Below, in pieces: positions 1 to 6,498 of a DNA stretch of 24,000 nucleotides. Position 1 is the first letter of the stretch. Each line of letters opens with the position of its first letter. The DNA comes from Candidatus Benthortus lauensis (lineage in GTDB: Archaea > Thermoproteota > Nitrososphaeria_A > Caldarchaeales > Wolframiiraptoraceae): NCBI GenBank assembly GCA_021650775.1, contig JAHSRM010000055.1, positions 14,262 through 38,261 of the forward strand. The letters are read 5' to 3'. Made by a program: the position numbers and the translations under genes. The notes below the pieces were generated by a model that was not told the origin of the DNA, did not search any database, and saw nothing but the letters and a program-made list of their open reading frames with translations.

Positions 1-506
1 ATTGTTAATGCTAGGAGTAGCTCGAGTGAGCCCAGGAGGATGACCGTCTCCTCGATTAAGCCCTGGGTTGCGAGGAAGCTCGTAGTAGGATTCTGTGTTA
101 TGTATTCGTAGAAGTGTAGGGGGTTTCGGAATGCGTCCAGACCCCACTCAAGGTATGGGTATACTATGCCGAGCCTAAGTCCAAGTAGCTGGAGGTTATG
201 GGGGCTTAACCGCCTCCTCATCAAGGGGGCTAACAGCGATGCGGAGAGGAATAGTATTCCGACGCTCTGAGGCTCGGCTATGGGTTCAAGCGGCTTAACA
301 GCAACCCAATAATACGCCATAACAACAGTGCTTAATACTCCTCCAACAACGCTGTTCAGGGCAAGCACCAACGCTATCAAGATGTGCAGGGCGGAGAAGA
401 TGGGGGGATAAGCCAGCTTGCCGAGATAACGTGATGAATCAATTATTAGTGATAACGCCCAGCCCATGTGGACGAACGCCAGCGAGTATGATATGATTTT
501 ATTCAT
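1..506 (-). CDS. integral membrane protein, function unknown; C-terminal part lies beyond the window edge
   Basis: My own minus-strand translation starts at ATG 506-504 (MNKIISYSLAFVHMGWALSLIIDSSRYLGKLAYPPIFSALHILIALVLALNSVVGG...) and stays open to position 1. The sequence is rich in hydrophobic helices. Its start overlaps the stop of ORF 499..1680 by 8 nt, suggesting co-transcription. It is absent from the ORF track because it runs off the window. Confidence 0.55.
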   Translation of the reverse strand, partial: MNKIISYSLAFVHMGWALSLIIDSSRYLGKLAYPPIFSALHILIALVLALNSVVGGVLSTVVMAYYWVAVKPLEPIAEPQSVGILFLSASLLAPLMRRRLSPHNLQLLGLRLGIVYPYLEWGLDAFRNPLHFYEYITQNPTTSFLATQGLIEETVILLGSLELLLALT

Positions 507-1680
507 TTTTGATGCACCTCAAGGAGCTTACCCAGATTAGTATCCAGAGGGCTATGGATAACAGGAATTTGGATAACAGCCTCCATACTCTAGCAGAACC
601 GTCAAGCTCCCCGAGAAAGTCAATCACCCCGGGCCATATCAGGTAAAGTTGCTGGGGAAGTGAGTAGTTCAGAAGCATCAACGCTATCAGGGTTCCCCAA
701 ATCGGTCTCCCAACCTCGCCTCCAGCCAACAACAATAGAGTTAATATGAGGATTAGGTTCTGCTCGGAGACCCACGGCCTAAAGGTGAAGAACATGAGGG
801 AGGTGAGGAGAGCAGCCTCCACAGCCCTCTCCGGCCCCCACGGCTTCAAGAGAAAATAAATTACCGAGAACATTAGCGAGAATACGGGGAGGAGGCCCAG
901 CCATCCAAGCTCCCTCGGCAGGGTCAGGGAGCCGTAGACCAGCTCAAATACGTTGAAGAGGGATATGCCGCCAACGGGTTTAAGCCAGTTTGGTAGGCCA
1001 CGGATAACAGTGTCGGTGGGCCATCCCAGCAAGATGAATGGCGTGAAGAAGAACGTGAGGGATAGAATGATTATCGCTAGGAATTTTTTCGCCAGATTTC
1101 CCCAGGGCCTGATGGATGAGGGAAGTGAGGCTACCGCAGGTAATGCTAGGGGCTTAATCATCATGGAGGATGCCAAGTGGAGTGGGAGCAGCCTCGATTC
1201 AAGGTTTACCAGGGCTATGACCACTAGTAAAGTTGCTAGATTATCGGGCTTACCCCAACCGACAGACACCAGAAGAAGGAAGGGATTCACGAGAAAGAAC
1301 CTCCATCCCCTGAGACCCTTAACATAGAAGATATACGCCAGGGCGATATTGGCCAGGAGAATCGGGGCCTTGCTTACGAGATTGAAGGCCATTACGTCTC
1401 CTCCTGTTATGATGTAGGCTAAGCCCAGGTATAGTGGCCAGAGAGGGGTCTCACCTATCCCCTGAACATCCTCCCCATAGCCAACGGCCAACAACCCGCC
1501 TAAACTACCGCCAAGATAAGGTGAGCCGCCTACTGCAACGTTCCTGCCAGCCACATAGCTAACCCTAAAGTCGTATCCGTGGGCGAGAAAGAAGGCTAAC
1601 CCAAGCTGGAGCAGAATCGAGGAGGCGACGAACCTACTTGAAATAAATTCAGCGAACCTCCTCGCTTCCTCAACAAGCAT
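499..1680 (-). CDS. polytopic membrane protein, possibly a GT-C-fold glycosyltransferase (DUF2029/GT87-like)
   Basis: The 393-aa ORF has about 10 hydrophobic segments. The first loop reads AHGYDFRVSYVAGRNVAVGGSPYLGG, which resembles the acidic first-loop motif of GT-C enzymes. A TATA-like AACTTTTTACA on the minus strand is centred about 28 nt upstream of the ATG at 1680. The functional call is weak. Confidence 0.75.
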   Translation of the reverse strand: MLVEEARRFAEFISSRFVASSILLQLGLAFFLAHGYDFRVSYVAGRNVAVGGSPYLGGSLGGLLAVGYGEDVQGIGETPLWPLYLGLAYIITGGDVMAFNLVSKAPILLANIALAYIFYVKGLRGWRFFLVNPFLLLVSVGWGKPDNLATLLVVIALVNLESRLLPLHLASSMMIKPLALPAVASLPSSIRPWGNLAKKFLAIIILSLTFFFTPFILLGWPTDTVIRGLPNWLKPVGGISLFNVFELVYGSLTLPRELGWLGLLPVFSLMFSVIYFLLKPWGPERAVEAALLTSLMFFTFRPWVSEQNLILILTLLLLAGGEVGRPIWGTLIALMLLNYSLPQQLYLIWPGVIDFLGELDGSARVWRLLSKFLLSIALWILIWVSSLRCIKNE

Positions 1681-1722
1681 CTATGAAGCATCGCCAAACC
1701 ATGTGTAAAAAGTTTTCCAGAA

Positions 1723-2862
1723 ATGTTAAAGCTTATTAGCCTGAAATCGTTGGACGGGATTAACGATTGGATGAATGTGAGGGTTTGCAGCCATTTTGGC
1801 GTGTGCGGTGGATGCCTCTACTTGGATAGGCCTTATGAGGAGCAGCTGGAGGAGAAGGTTAGGTCGGTTGAGGAGCTTCTGGGAGTTAAGGTCGAGAGGG
1901 TTCATCCCTCGCCTAAGCCCCACTATTATCGGAATAGGATGGACTATGTTGTCGCTCCCGGGCCTGTGATTGGGTTGAATGTGAGGGGGAGGTGGTGGGA
2001 GACCGTGGACCTATCCGAGTGTCTTCTTCTCTCACCCGAGTCCGACGCCATCAGGAGGCTCTTCAAGGAGTTCATGAAGATGAAGGGTCTCGAGGGATGG
2101 GATAGAAGGAGGAGGCAGGGGACGGTAAGGTTTCTGAGCATAATTGAGGGGAAATTTACGGATGAGAGGATGGTTTTCGTCGTCTCATACAGGTATGTGG
2201 AGGGATTAGGCGAGTATCTGGAGATGCTGGGGAGGGAGGGCGTCAGGGTCTCGAGCCTGGTTCTCGGGGTTAATGATGGTGTTAGGGATGATGCGAGGGC
2301 CGACGAGCTTCACGTGGTAGCTGGAGGGGAGACGATAAGGGAGCGGATAGACAGCTTCACCTACCACCTTCACCCAAACACGTTCTTTCAGCCTAACCCA
2401 TATACCCTTGCAAGCCTAATCGGAGAGGTAGTCCGTTTAACTGAGCCTGAGGGCAGGGAGATACTCGAACTATACTCAGGGATTGGGACCTTCACCATAC
2501 CCTTGTCGAGGAAAGCCTCCAAGATAACAGCCGTTGAGAATGATTCCTATGCAGTAAAGATAGCCGAGCTGAACCTTAGGGAGAACCATGTTGAGAACGT
2601 GGAGATAAAGCACGAGAAAGCTGAGAAGGTCTCCCACAAATACGGGACAATAGTTCTGGACCCGCCTAGACCCGGGTTAAGCTTCAAGCTTGTGAGGAGG
2701 CTGAGAAAAGCCAAGCCCAAGAGGATAGTTTATGTCTCCTGTAATCCCAGGGCGTTGGAGCGTGATGTCCGCCAGCTTGGATATAAAATTGAGGAGGTAG
2801 TTGTGGTGGACCAGTTTCCTCAGACGCCTTTAGTGGAGGCAGTCGCCCTGCTCCGCCGCTAA
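1723..2862 (+). CDS. RumA/TrmA-family SAM-dependent RNA (uracil-C5)-methyltransferase with a 4Fe-4S Cys motif and no TRAM domain
   Basis: Cys cluster CSHFGVCGGC plus the later SECLL Cys matches the C-x5-C-x2-C...C pattern of RumA. Other family motifs are FFQPN, a SAM fold (ELYSGIGTFTIPL), VLDPPRPG and the catalytic YVSCNP. The true start could be ATG 1771 (MNVRVCSHFG). Confidence 0.85.
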   Translation: MLKLISLKSLDGINDWMNVRVCSHFGVCGGCLYLDRPYEEQLEEKVRSVEELLGVKVERVHPSPKPHYYRNRMDYVVAPGPVIGLNVRGRWWETVDLSECLLLSPESDAIRRLFKEFMKMKGLEGWDRRRRQGTVRFLSIIEGKFTDERMVFVVSYRYVEGLGEYLEMLGREGVRVSSLVLGVNDGVRDDARADELHVVAGGETIRERIDSFTYHLHPNTFFQPNPYTLASLIGEVVRLTEPEGREILELYSGIGTFTIPLSRKASKITAVENDSYAVKIAELNLRENHVENVEIKHEKAEKVSHKYGTIVLDPPRPGLSFKLVRRLRKAKPKRIVYVSCNPRALERDVRQLGYKIEEVVVVDQFPQTPLVEAVALLRR

Positions 2863-3069
2863 GCCTTCACCTCTATCTCACGTCTCTCAACGTTCCTCAG
2901 CGCCGCAATCCTCTTAGCCTTCTCCCTCTCCCTCGACTCCTCCGAATCAACATGTATATGGCACATCGCTCCTCATACGGGGGAGGGAAGCATACTTAAG
3001 GCTTTCCCAGATACAAGAATCCGCAACAATATCCACAGGATTTCACTCTCGGGTGATGTTGGGTTAGGT

Positions 3070-3312
3070 ATGGCTGAGGGCTGGGAGAGAAAGGGTGAGC
3101 GGCTTGTCAAGACGTTTGAGTTCAGGGATTTCGGGGAGGCTGTGGCTTTCACAGTGAGGGTGGCCATGCTGGCCGAGAAACTAAACCATCACCCAGATAT
3201 ATCGCTATCATGGAATAGGGTCAAGGTGAAGCTCACAACCCACAGTGAGGGCAGGGTAACCCAAAGGGACCTGGAGATGGCCGAGAAGATAGATAAGCTC
3301 CTAGAAGGCTAA
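3070..3312 (+). CDS. pterin-4a-carbinolamine dehydratase (PCD/DCoH family)
   Basis: The 80-aa ORF has the family signature: W..........F.F.DF..A..F...VA..AE...HHPD......N.V.V.L.TH. Confidence 0.85.
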   Translation: MAEGWERKGERLVKTFEFRDFGEAVAFTVRVAMLAEKLNHHPDISLSWNRVKVKLTTHSEGRVTQRDLEMAEKIDKLLEG

Positions 3313-3321
3313 GGGGTCGCC

Positions 3322-3990
3322 GTGAAGGTTGCAGTTGCTTGGAGCGGTGGAAAGGACTCCGCACTAGCACTCCACAGAGTAATGAGTAGACACGATGTCA
3401 AGGTGCTGCTAACCACCATAACAAAACCATACAGCAGGGTAACCATGCATGGAGTAAGGGTGGAGTTGGTTAGGCTCCAGGCAGAATCAATCGGGATTCC
3501 CCTGGAGGAGGTGGTCATTCCATATAGGTGTCCGGACAAGGTCTATCGGAGGATTATGTCGAGGAAGATGGGGGAGCTGATGCGGAGGGGTGTTGAGGCC
3601 GTGGTCTTCGGCGACATATTCCTAGAGGATGTTAGGAGGTTCAGGGAGGAGAATCTACGTGAGGTTGGGATGGAGGGAGTGTTCCCGCTCTGGGGCGAAG
3701 ACACATGGAAACTAAGCAGAGAATTCCTCCAACTAGGGTTCAAGGCCGTGATAACCTGCATAGACCCGAGGCGGCTGGACCCAGAGAACCTGGGAAGACA
3801 ATATAGCCTAGAGTTCCTCGGAAACCTCCCTCCAGACGTGGACCCATGCGGCGAGAACGGAGAGTTCCACACCTTCGTCCACCAAGCCCCATACTACAGA
3901 ACCAGCATAAAATACAGGCTCGGAGAAAAAGTCCAAAGAGACGGATTCCTCTGGATAGACTTAATACCAAAGAAGACAGAAGACCCATAG
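3322..3990 (+). CDS. PP-loop ATP pyrophosphatase of the MJ0570/Dph6 family (putative diphthine-ammonia ligase)
   Basis: GTG start. The N-terminal PP-loop is VAWSGGKDSALAL and the C-terminal motif is CGENGEFHTFV. The start lies 9 nt downstream of the PCD stop, so the two genes are probably co-transcribed. Confidence 0.75.
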   Translation: MKVAVAWSGGKDSALALHRVMSRHDVKVLLTTITKPYSRVTMHGVRVELVRLQAESIGIPLEEVVIPYRCPDKVYRRIMSRKMGELMRRGVEAVVFGDIFLEDVRRFREENLREVGMEGVFPLWGEDTWKLSREFLQLGFKAVITCIDPRRLDPENLGRQYSLEFLGNLPPDVDPCGENGEFHTFVHQAPYYRTSIKYRLGEKVQRDGFLWIDLIPKKTEDP

Positions 3991-4041
3991 GTGATGAGAA
4001 GAGACCCGGCCTGAGACCTATGATGAATGGTGCGGTGCTGA
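3991..4041 (+). ncRNA. C/D-box sRNA (2'-O-methylation guide)
   Basis: C box GTGATGA is at 3991-3997, followed by a 13-nt spacer and D' CTGA at 4011-4014. A 5-nt linker leads to C' ATGATGA at 4020-4026, then an 11-nt spacer and D CTGA at 4038-4041. All four boxes match the consensus exactly. The element starts on the base after the TAG stop of the upstream gene. Confidence 0.6.
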
Positions 4042-4175
4042 ACAACATAATTTTCGGGAAAGAGGCTCAGCAGGTGGGACTGACAATCATCCCAGGGTGT
4101 CAGAAGGCGCAGCAGGGGACGGCCTCATCACCGCCATCAAGAAGAACAAGCAGCTGAGAAATAACCCTTTACGCC

Positions 4176-4186
4176 AAAAGAAAGAG
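4176..4186 (-). terminator. oligo-T tract after tRNA-iMet (putative archaeal terminator)
   Basis: The minus strand reads CTCTCTTTCTTTTGG directly after the tRNA 3' end. Confidence 0.35.
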
Positions 4187-4188
4187 AG

Positions 4189-4263
4189 TAGCGGGGGGTG
4201 GATTTGAACCACCGTTCTCCGGGTTATGAGCCCGGCGGGTTAACCTGGCTACCCTACCCCGCT
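4189..4263 (-). tRNA. tRNA-Met(CAT), initiator type
   Basis: Minus-strand sequence: AGCGGGGTAGGGTAGCCAGGTTAACCCGCCGGGCTCATAACCCGGAGAACGGTGGTTCAAATCCACCCCCCGCTA. It folds as a clean cloverleaf: 7-bp acceptor, D stem GGGT/ACCC, anticodon stem CCGGG/CCCGG with loop CTCATAA, and T stem GGTGG/CCACC. Initiator marks are A1:U72, G29-G31:C39-C41 and a purine11:pyrimidine24 pair. No CCA is encoded. Confidence 0.9.
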
Positions 4264-4292
4264 TCTATCCTCGACTGTGAAGTTTGCGGGGG

Positions 4293-4302
4293 TTTTATTA
4301 AA
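4293..4302 (-). promoter_or_regulatory. TATA-like box for tRNA-iMet
   Basis: The minus strand reads TTTAATAAAA, centred about 34 nt upstream of the mature 5' end. This implies a short leader. Confidence 0.4.
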
Positions 4303-4303
4303 T

Positions 4304-4330
4304 TTTTGAGGGCTGGTTTTATAAGGTTGG
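4304..4330 (+). repeat. direct repeat copy A (27 nt perfect, with degenerate extensions at about 4288-4338)
   Basis: TTTTGAGGGCTGGTTTTATAAGGTTGG is identical to 4863-4889. The flanks are partly similar (GGGGTTTTATTAAAT vs GGGGTTATTTTAG upstream; CGTGT downstream). Confidence 0.9.
4317..4324 (+). promoter_or_regulatory. TATA-like box (TTTTATAA) inside repeat copy A, upstream of hicB
   Basis: This is the A/T-rich core of the repeat. The same motif in copy B sits about 26 nt upstream of the tiaS start. Confidence 0.45.
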
Positions 4331-4408
4331 TAACGTGTGTCCTCATGGTTTGGGGATGCTGTTGCGTGGATTAAGATTTATAAGATGTTGTGGGGGTGCG
4401 CTGAGTGG

Positions 4409-4618
4409 ATGGAGATTCAGGCTGTTATCTGGAAGGAGGAGGACATGTTTATCATTAAGGAGGTTGTCACAGGTGTTACCACGCAGGGCAAGACTATAGA
4501 GGAGGCCCTTGAGAATCTTAAGGAGGCTCTCCAACTTTACTTGGAAGAGGTTCCAGAAGCCAGGGAAGAGCTTAGCAAGAGAAGGGCTGTCGGCACCATA
4601 TATGTCGAGATTACCTAA
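4409..4618 (+). CDS. hicB: HicB-family antitoxin (UPF0150 fold)
   Basis: MEIQAVIWKEEDMFIIKEVVTGVTTQGKTIEEALENLKEALQLYLEE matches the HicB N-terminal domain pattern (..GC.TQG.T.EEA..N..EA....LE). I start at ATG 4409 (M25 of ORF 4337..4618) because the upstream 24 codons show no family resemblance. Confidence 0.8.
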   Translation: MEIQAVIWKEEDMFIIKEVVTGVTTQGKTIEEALENLKEALQLYLEEVPEAREELSKRRAVGTIYVEIT

Positions 4619-4832
4619 GCTCTCCGGCGAGGAGATAGTTAAGATTCTGGTCAAATACTTCGGTTTCGAGGTAGCTAGGCAGAGGGGTAGCCACGTAGTC
4701 TTGAGAAAGCTTGTTGATGGCGAGAAGGTTGTGACCGTGGTCCCATTACATAGTGAGGTTAAGGCTGGAACACTTCTCGGAATCCTAAAGCTGGCCAAGA
4801 TAGATAGGAGGGAGTTCCTTAGATACGTATAG
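4602..4832 (+). CDS. hicA: HicA-family toxin (YcfA-like mRNA interferase)
   Basis: MSRLPKLSGEEIVKILVKYFGFEVARQRGSHVVLRK carries the conserved ..G....RQ.GSH. core. ATG 4602 overlaps the hicB 3' end by 17 nt. Confidence 0.8.
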   Translation: MSRLPKLSGEEIVKILVKYFGFEVARQRGSHVVLRKLVDGEKVVTVVPLHSEVKAGTLLGILKLAKIDRREFLRYV

Positions 4833-4862
4833 TTTAGGGGCCTTAAGGAGGGGTTATTTTAG

Positions 4863-4889
4863 TTTTGAGGGCTGGTTTTATAAGGTTGG
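4863..4889 (+). repeat. direct repeat copy B (27 nt perfect, with degenerate extensions at about 4848-4897)
   Basis: Identical to 4304-4330 and located 559 bp downstream of copy A. Confidence 0.9.
4876..4883 (+). promoter_or_regulatory. TATA-like box (TTTTATAA) for tiaS
   Basis: Centred about 26 nt upstream of TTG 4905 and about 31 nt upstream of GTG 4911, which fits a leaderless tiaS mRNA. Confidence 0.5.
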
Positions 4890-4904
4890 CTGCGTGTTGA
4901 TTGC

Positions 4905-6203
4905 TTGGCCGTGGTTCTCTGGATTGGGGTTGATGACACGGATTGGGCTGGAGGCGGATGCACCACCTATGTTGGAGCAATCTTAATCCGTAGGCTCTCC
5001 AGGCTTGGCTTCAGACTCGTCGGGTTCCCGAGGCTTGTGAGACTCAACCCCAACTGCCCCTTCAAGACCCGTGGGAACGCTGCCGTGGCCTTCAGGGTTG
5101 TGGGCGGAGGCGTTGAGGCTGCCGTTGATGCCGTGAGGGGGGTTGTGGAGGAGCTTGCCGGCATGGAGTCGGAGGGAACTGAGCCTGGGGCGGTCCTGCT
5201 GGAGGGCGAGCCCGACGAGGTTCTCAGAAGATTCTACTGGAGAGCCCTCCACGAGATTATCTCCATCGATGAGGGGCTCAGGGTCGCCGAGAAGGTTGGG
5301 GCGAGGGTCCTTAGGTGGAAGAAGGGCAGGGGCGTGATAGGAGCCTTGGCGGCGATAGGAGCCGACCTATCCTCCAAGACCTACGAGCTCATAGCCCATA
5401 GGAGGCCCGAGTATTGGGGGACTGTGAGGCAGATAGATGAGGAGTCGGTCTACCGAATGGATGAGGCTACGAGGCCCCTGACCTTCGACAACGTGGATTA
5501 CGAGACAGGCGAGATTAGAATCGCCCCCCATACACCCTGCCCGGTCCTCTTCGGGATAAGGGGTGTCTCACCTGAGGCTGTGGTAAGGGCGTTCAGGATG
5601 GTTGAGGTTAGGGAGCCTGTGGCCATGGTAACCGTGTTTGAGACGAATCAGGGAACCGACGCCCACATACTCCCCATGAGGGTTAGCATGCTGAGGGACG
5701 GGGTCTCGGCCATGGTTGAGGGAACGGTGGTCGGGAAGCCGAGATACGATGCGGGAGGCCACCTGTTCTTCAAGATAAGCGACGGCACAGGAACCCTAAC
5801 ATGCGCAGTCTACGAGCCTACCAGAAGCCTAAGGCACGTGGCATCCAAGCTCATGCCAGGAGACGAGGTAACGGTCTATGGAGCCGTCAAGCTCAAGCCC
5901 CAGGGCCTAACACTCAACGTGGAGAAGATTCACGTCAGGAGGGTTGCCGAGATATATATGGGGAGGCCGCCGACATGCCCCCGCTGCGGCGTCAGGATGA
6001 AGAGCCTCGGAAGCTTCCAGGGATACAAGTGTAGGAGATGTGGGTTAAGAAAAGGTGTGGAGGCCGTGGAGTTGAGGAGGGTTGAGAGGGGGCTAAGGCC
6101 CGGAGTCTACGAGGTCCCACCGTCGGCTAGAAGGCATCTCTCGAAGCCCCTAATCCTCGAGGATGCTAGGAGGAGACCACAAGCATCGTCAGTGTGCTTC
6201 TAA
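4905..6203 (+). CDS. tiaS: tRNA(Ile2) 2-agmatinylcytidine synthetase TiaS
   Basis: N-terminal WIGVDDTD..GGCTTY and LVRLNPNCPFKTRGNAAVAF match the TiaS kinase-like domain. There is an OB-like middle region and a C-terminal zinc ribbon CPRCG...CRRCG. The start is TTG 4905 or GTG 4911. Confidence 0.85.
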   Translation: MAVVLWIGVDDTDWAGGGCTTYVGAILIRRLSRLGFRLVGFPRLVRLNPNCPFKTRGNAAVAFRVVGGGVEAAVDAVRGVVEELAGMESEGTEPGAVLLEGEPDEVLRRFYWRALHEIISIDEGLRVAEKVGARVLRWKKGRGVIGALAAIGADLSSKTYELIAHRRPEYWGTVRQIDEESVYRMDEATRPLTFDNVDYETGEIRIAPHTPCPVLFGIRGVSPEAVVRAFRMVEVREPVAMVTVFETNQGTDAHILPMRVSMLRDGVSAMVEGTVVGKPRYDAGGHLFFKISDGTGTLTCAVYEPTRSLRHVASKLMPGDEVTVYGAVKLKPQGLTLNVEKIHVRRVAEIYMGRPPTCPRCGVRMKSLGSFQGYKCRRCGLRKGVEAVELRRVERGLRPGVYEVPPSARRHLSKPLILEDARRRPQASSVCF

Positions 6204-6238
6204 CCTTGTCCAGCCTCCGTGTGAGGGCGCCCCGACCC

Positions 6239-6430
6239 TTAGCGGGACGCTATCCTCCAGGAGATTACCTCCTTGAGCTTGTCCATGCTGTCGGCCTCGA
6301 CCTTGGCCACTATGTCATAGACCCCGTAGACCACATACGCCTCCTTCACGTTCGGTATCTTCTTCAACTCGTTCAGTATCTCCTCCTCGGAGCCTATCTC
6401 CGTGTTTATTAAGACGAATGCTGTAGGCAT
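6239..6430 (-). CDS. stand-alone Lrp/AsnC-type ligand-binding (RAM) domain protein, apparently short at the C-terminus
   Basis: MPTAFVLINTEIGSEEEILNELKKIPNVKEAYVVYGVYDIVAKVEADSMDKLKEVIS follows the beta-alpha-beta-beta-alpha pattern of RAM domains. The final beta strand (usually ..GV..T.T.I..) is missing. Confidence 0.7.
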   Translation of the reverse strand: MPTAFVLINTEIGSEEEILNELKKIPNVKEAYVVYGVYDIVAKVEADSMDKLKEVISWRIASR

Positions 6431-6453
6431 GTATAGAACCTGGGAGGAACGGG

Positions 6454-6459
6454 TTATAA
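6454..6459. promoter_or_regulatory. palindromic TATA element TTATAA in the divergent RAM-domain gene / reverse gyrase intergenic region
   Basis: The centre is 26.5 nt from the minus-strand ATG at 6430, so that gene is leaderless. It is about 43-46 nt from the rgy start codons on the plus strand. Confidence 0.45.
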
Positions 6460-6498
6460 GTCTTCCCCATGGATAATGGTTTTGTGCGAGTATGACCC

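Noticed and set aside
431-453. There is a C-box-like GTGATGA followed 12 nt later by TGAT. Other TGATGA hexamers occur at 4929, 6499, 7141 and 8209.
   Set aside because: All lie inside confident coding regions and lack a correctly spaced CTGA D box or a C'/D' pair.
3846-4157. A 103-aa plus-strand ORF spans the Dph6-like 3' end and the intergenic region. It includes a possible 45-codon ORF from ATG 4020.
   Set aside because: The first half is an alternative frame of a confident gene. The second half runs straight through the C'/D boxes of the C/D sRNA. The peptide has no recognisable features.
4189-4263. The tRNA with a CAT anticodon next to tiaS could be tRNA-Ile2, the TiaS substrate, which would make an enzyme-substrate gene pair.
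   Set aside because: The tRNA has A1:U72, three G:C pairs closing the anticodon stem, a purine11:pyrimidine24 pair and the AGCGGGG 5' end typical of archaeal initiators. tRNA-Ile2 and elongator tRNA-Met normally start with G1:C72. The adjacency is probably coincidental.
6204-6241. The RAM-domain gene might read through, or be frameshifted, into the 12 codons after its TAA.
   Set aside because: None of the three downstream frames yields the expected ..GV..T.T.I.. final strand. I found no slippery sequence or other recoding signal. The gene is treated as truncated or a naturally short form.
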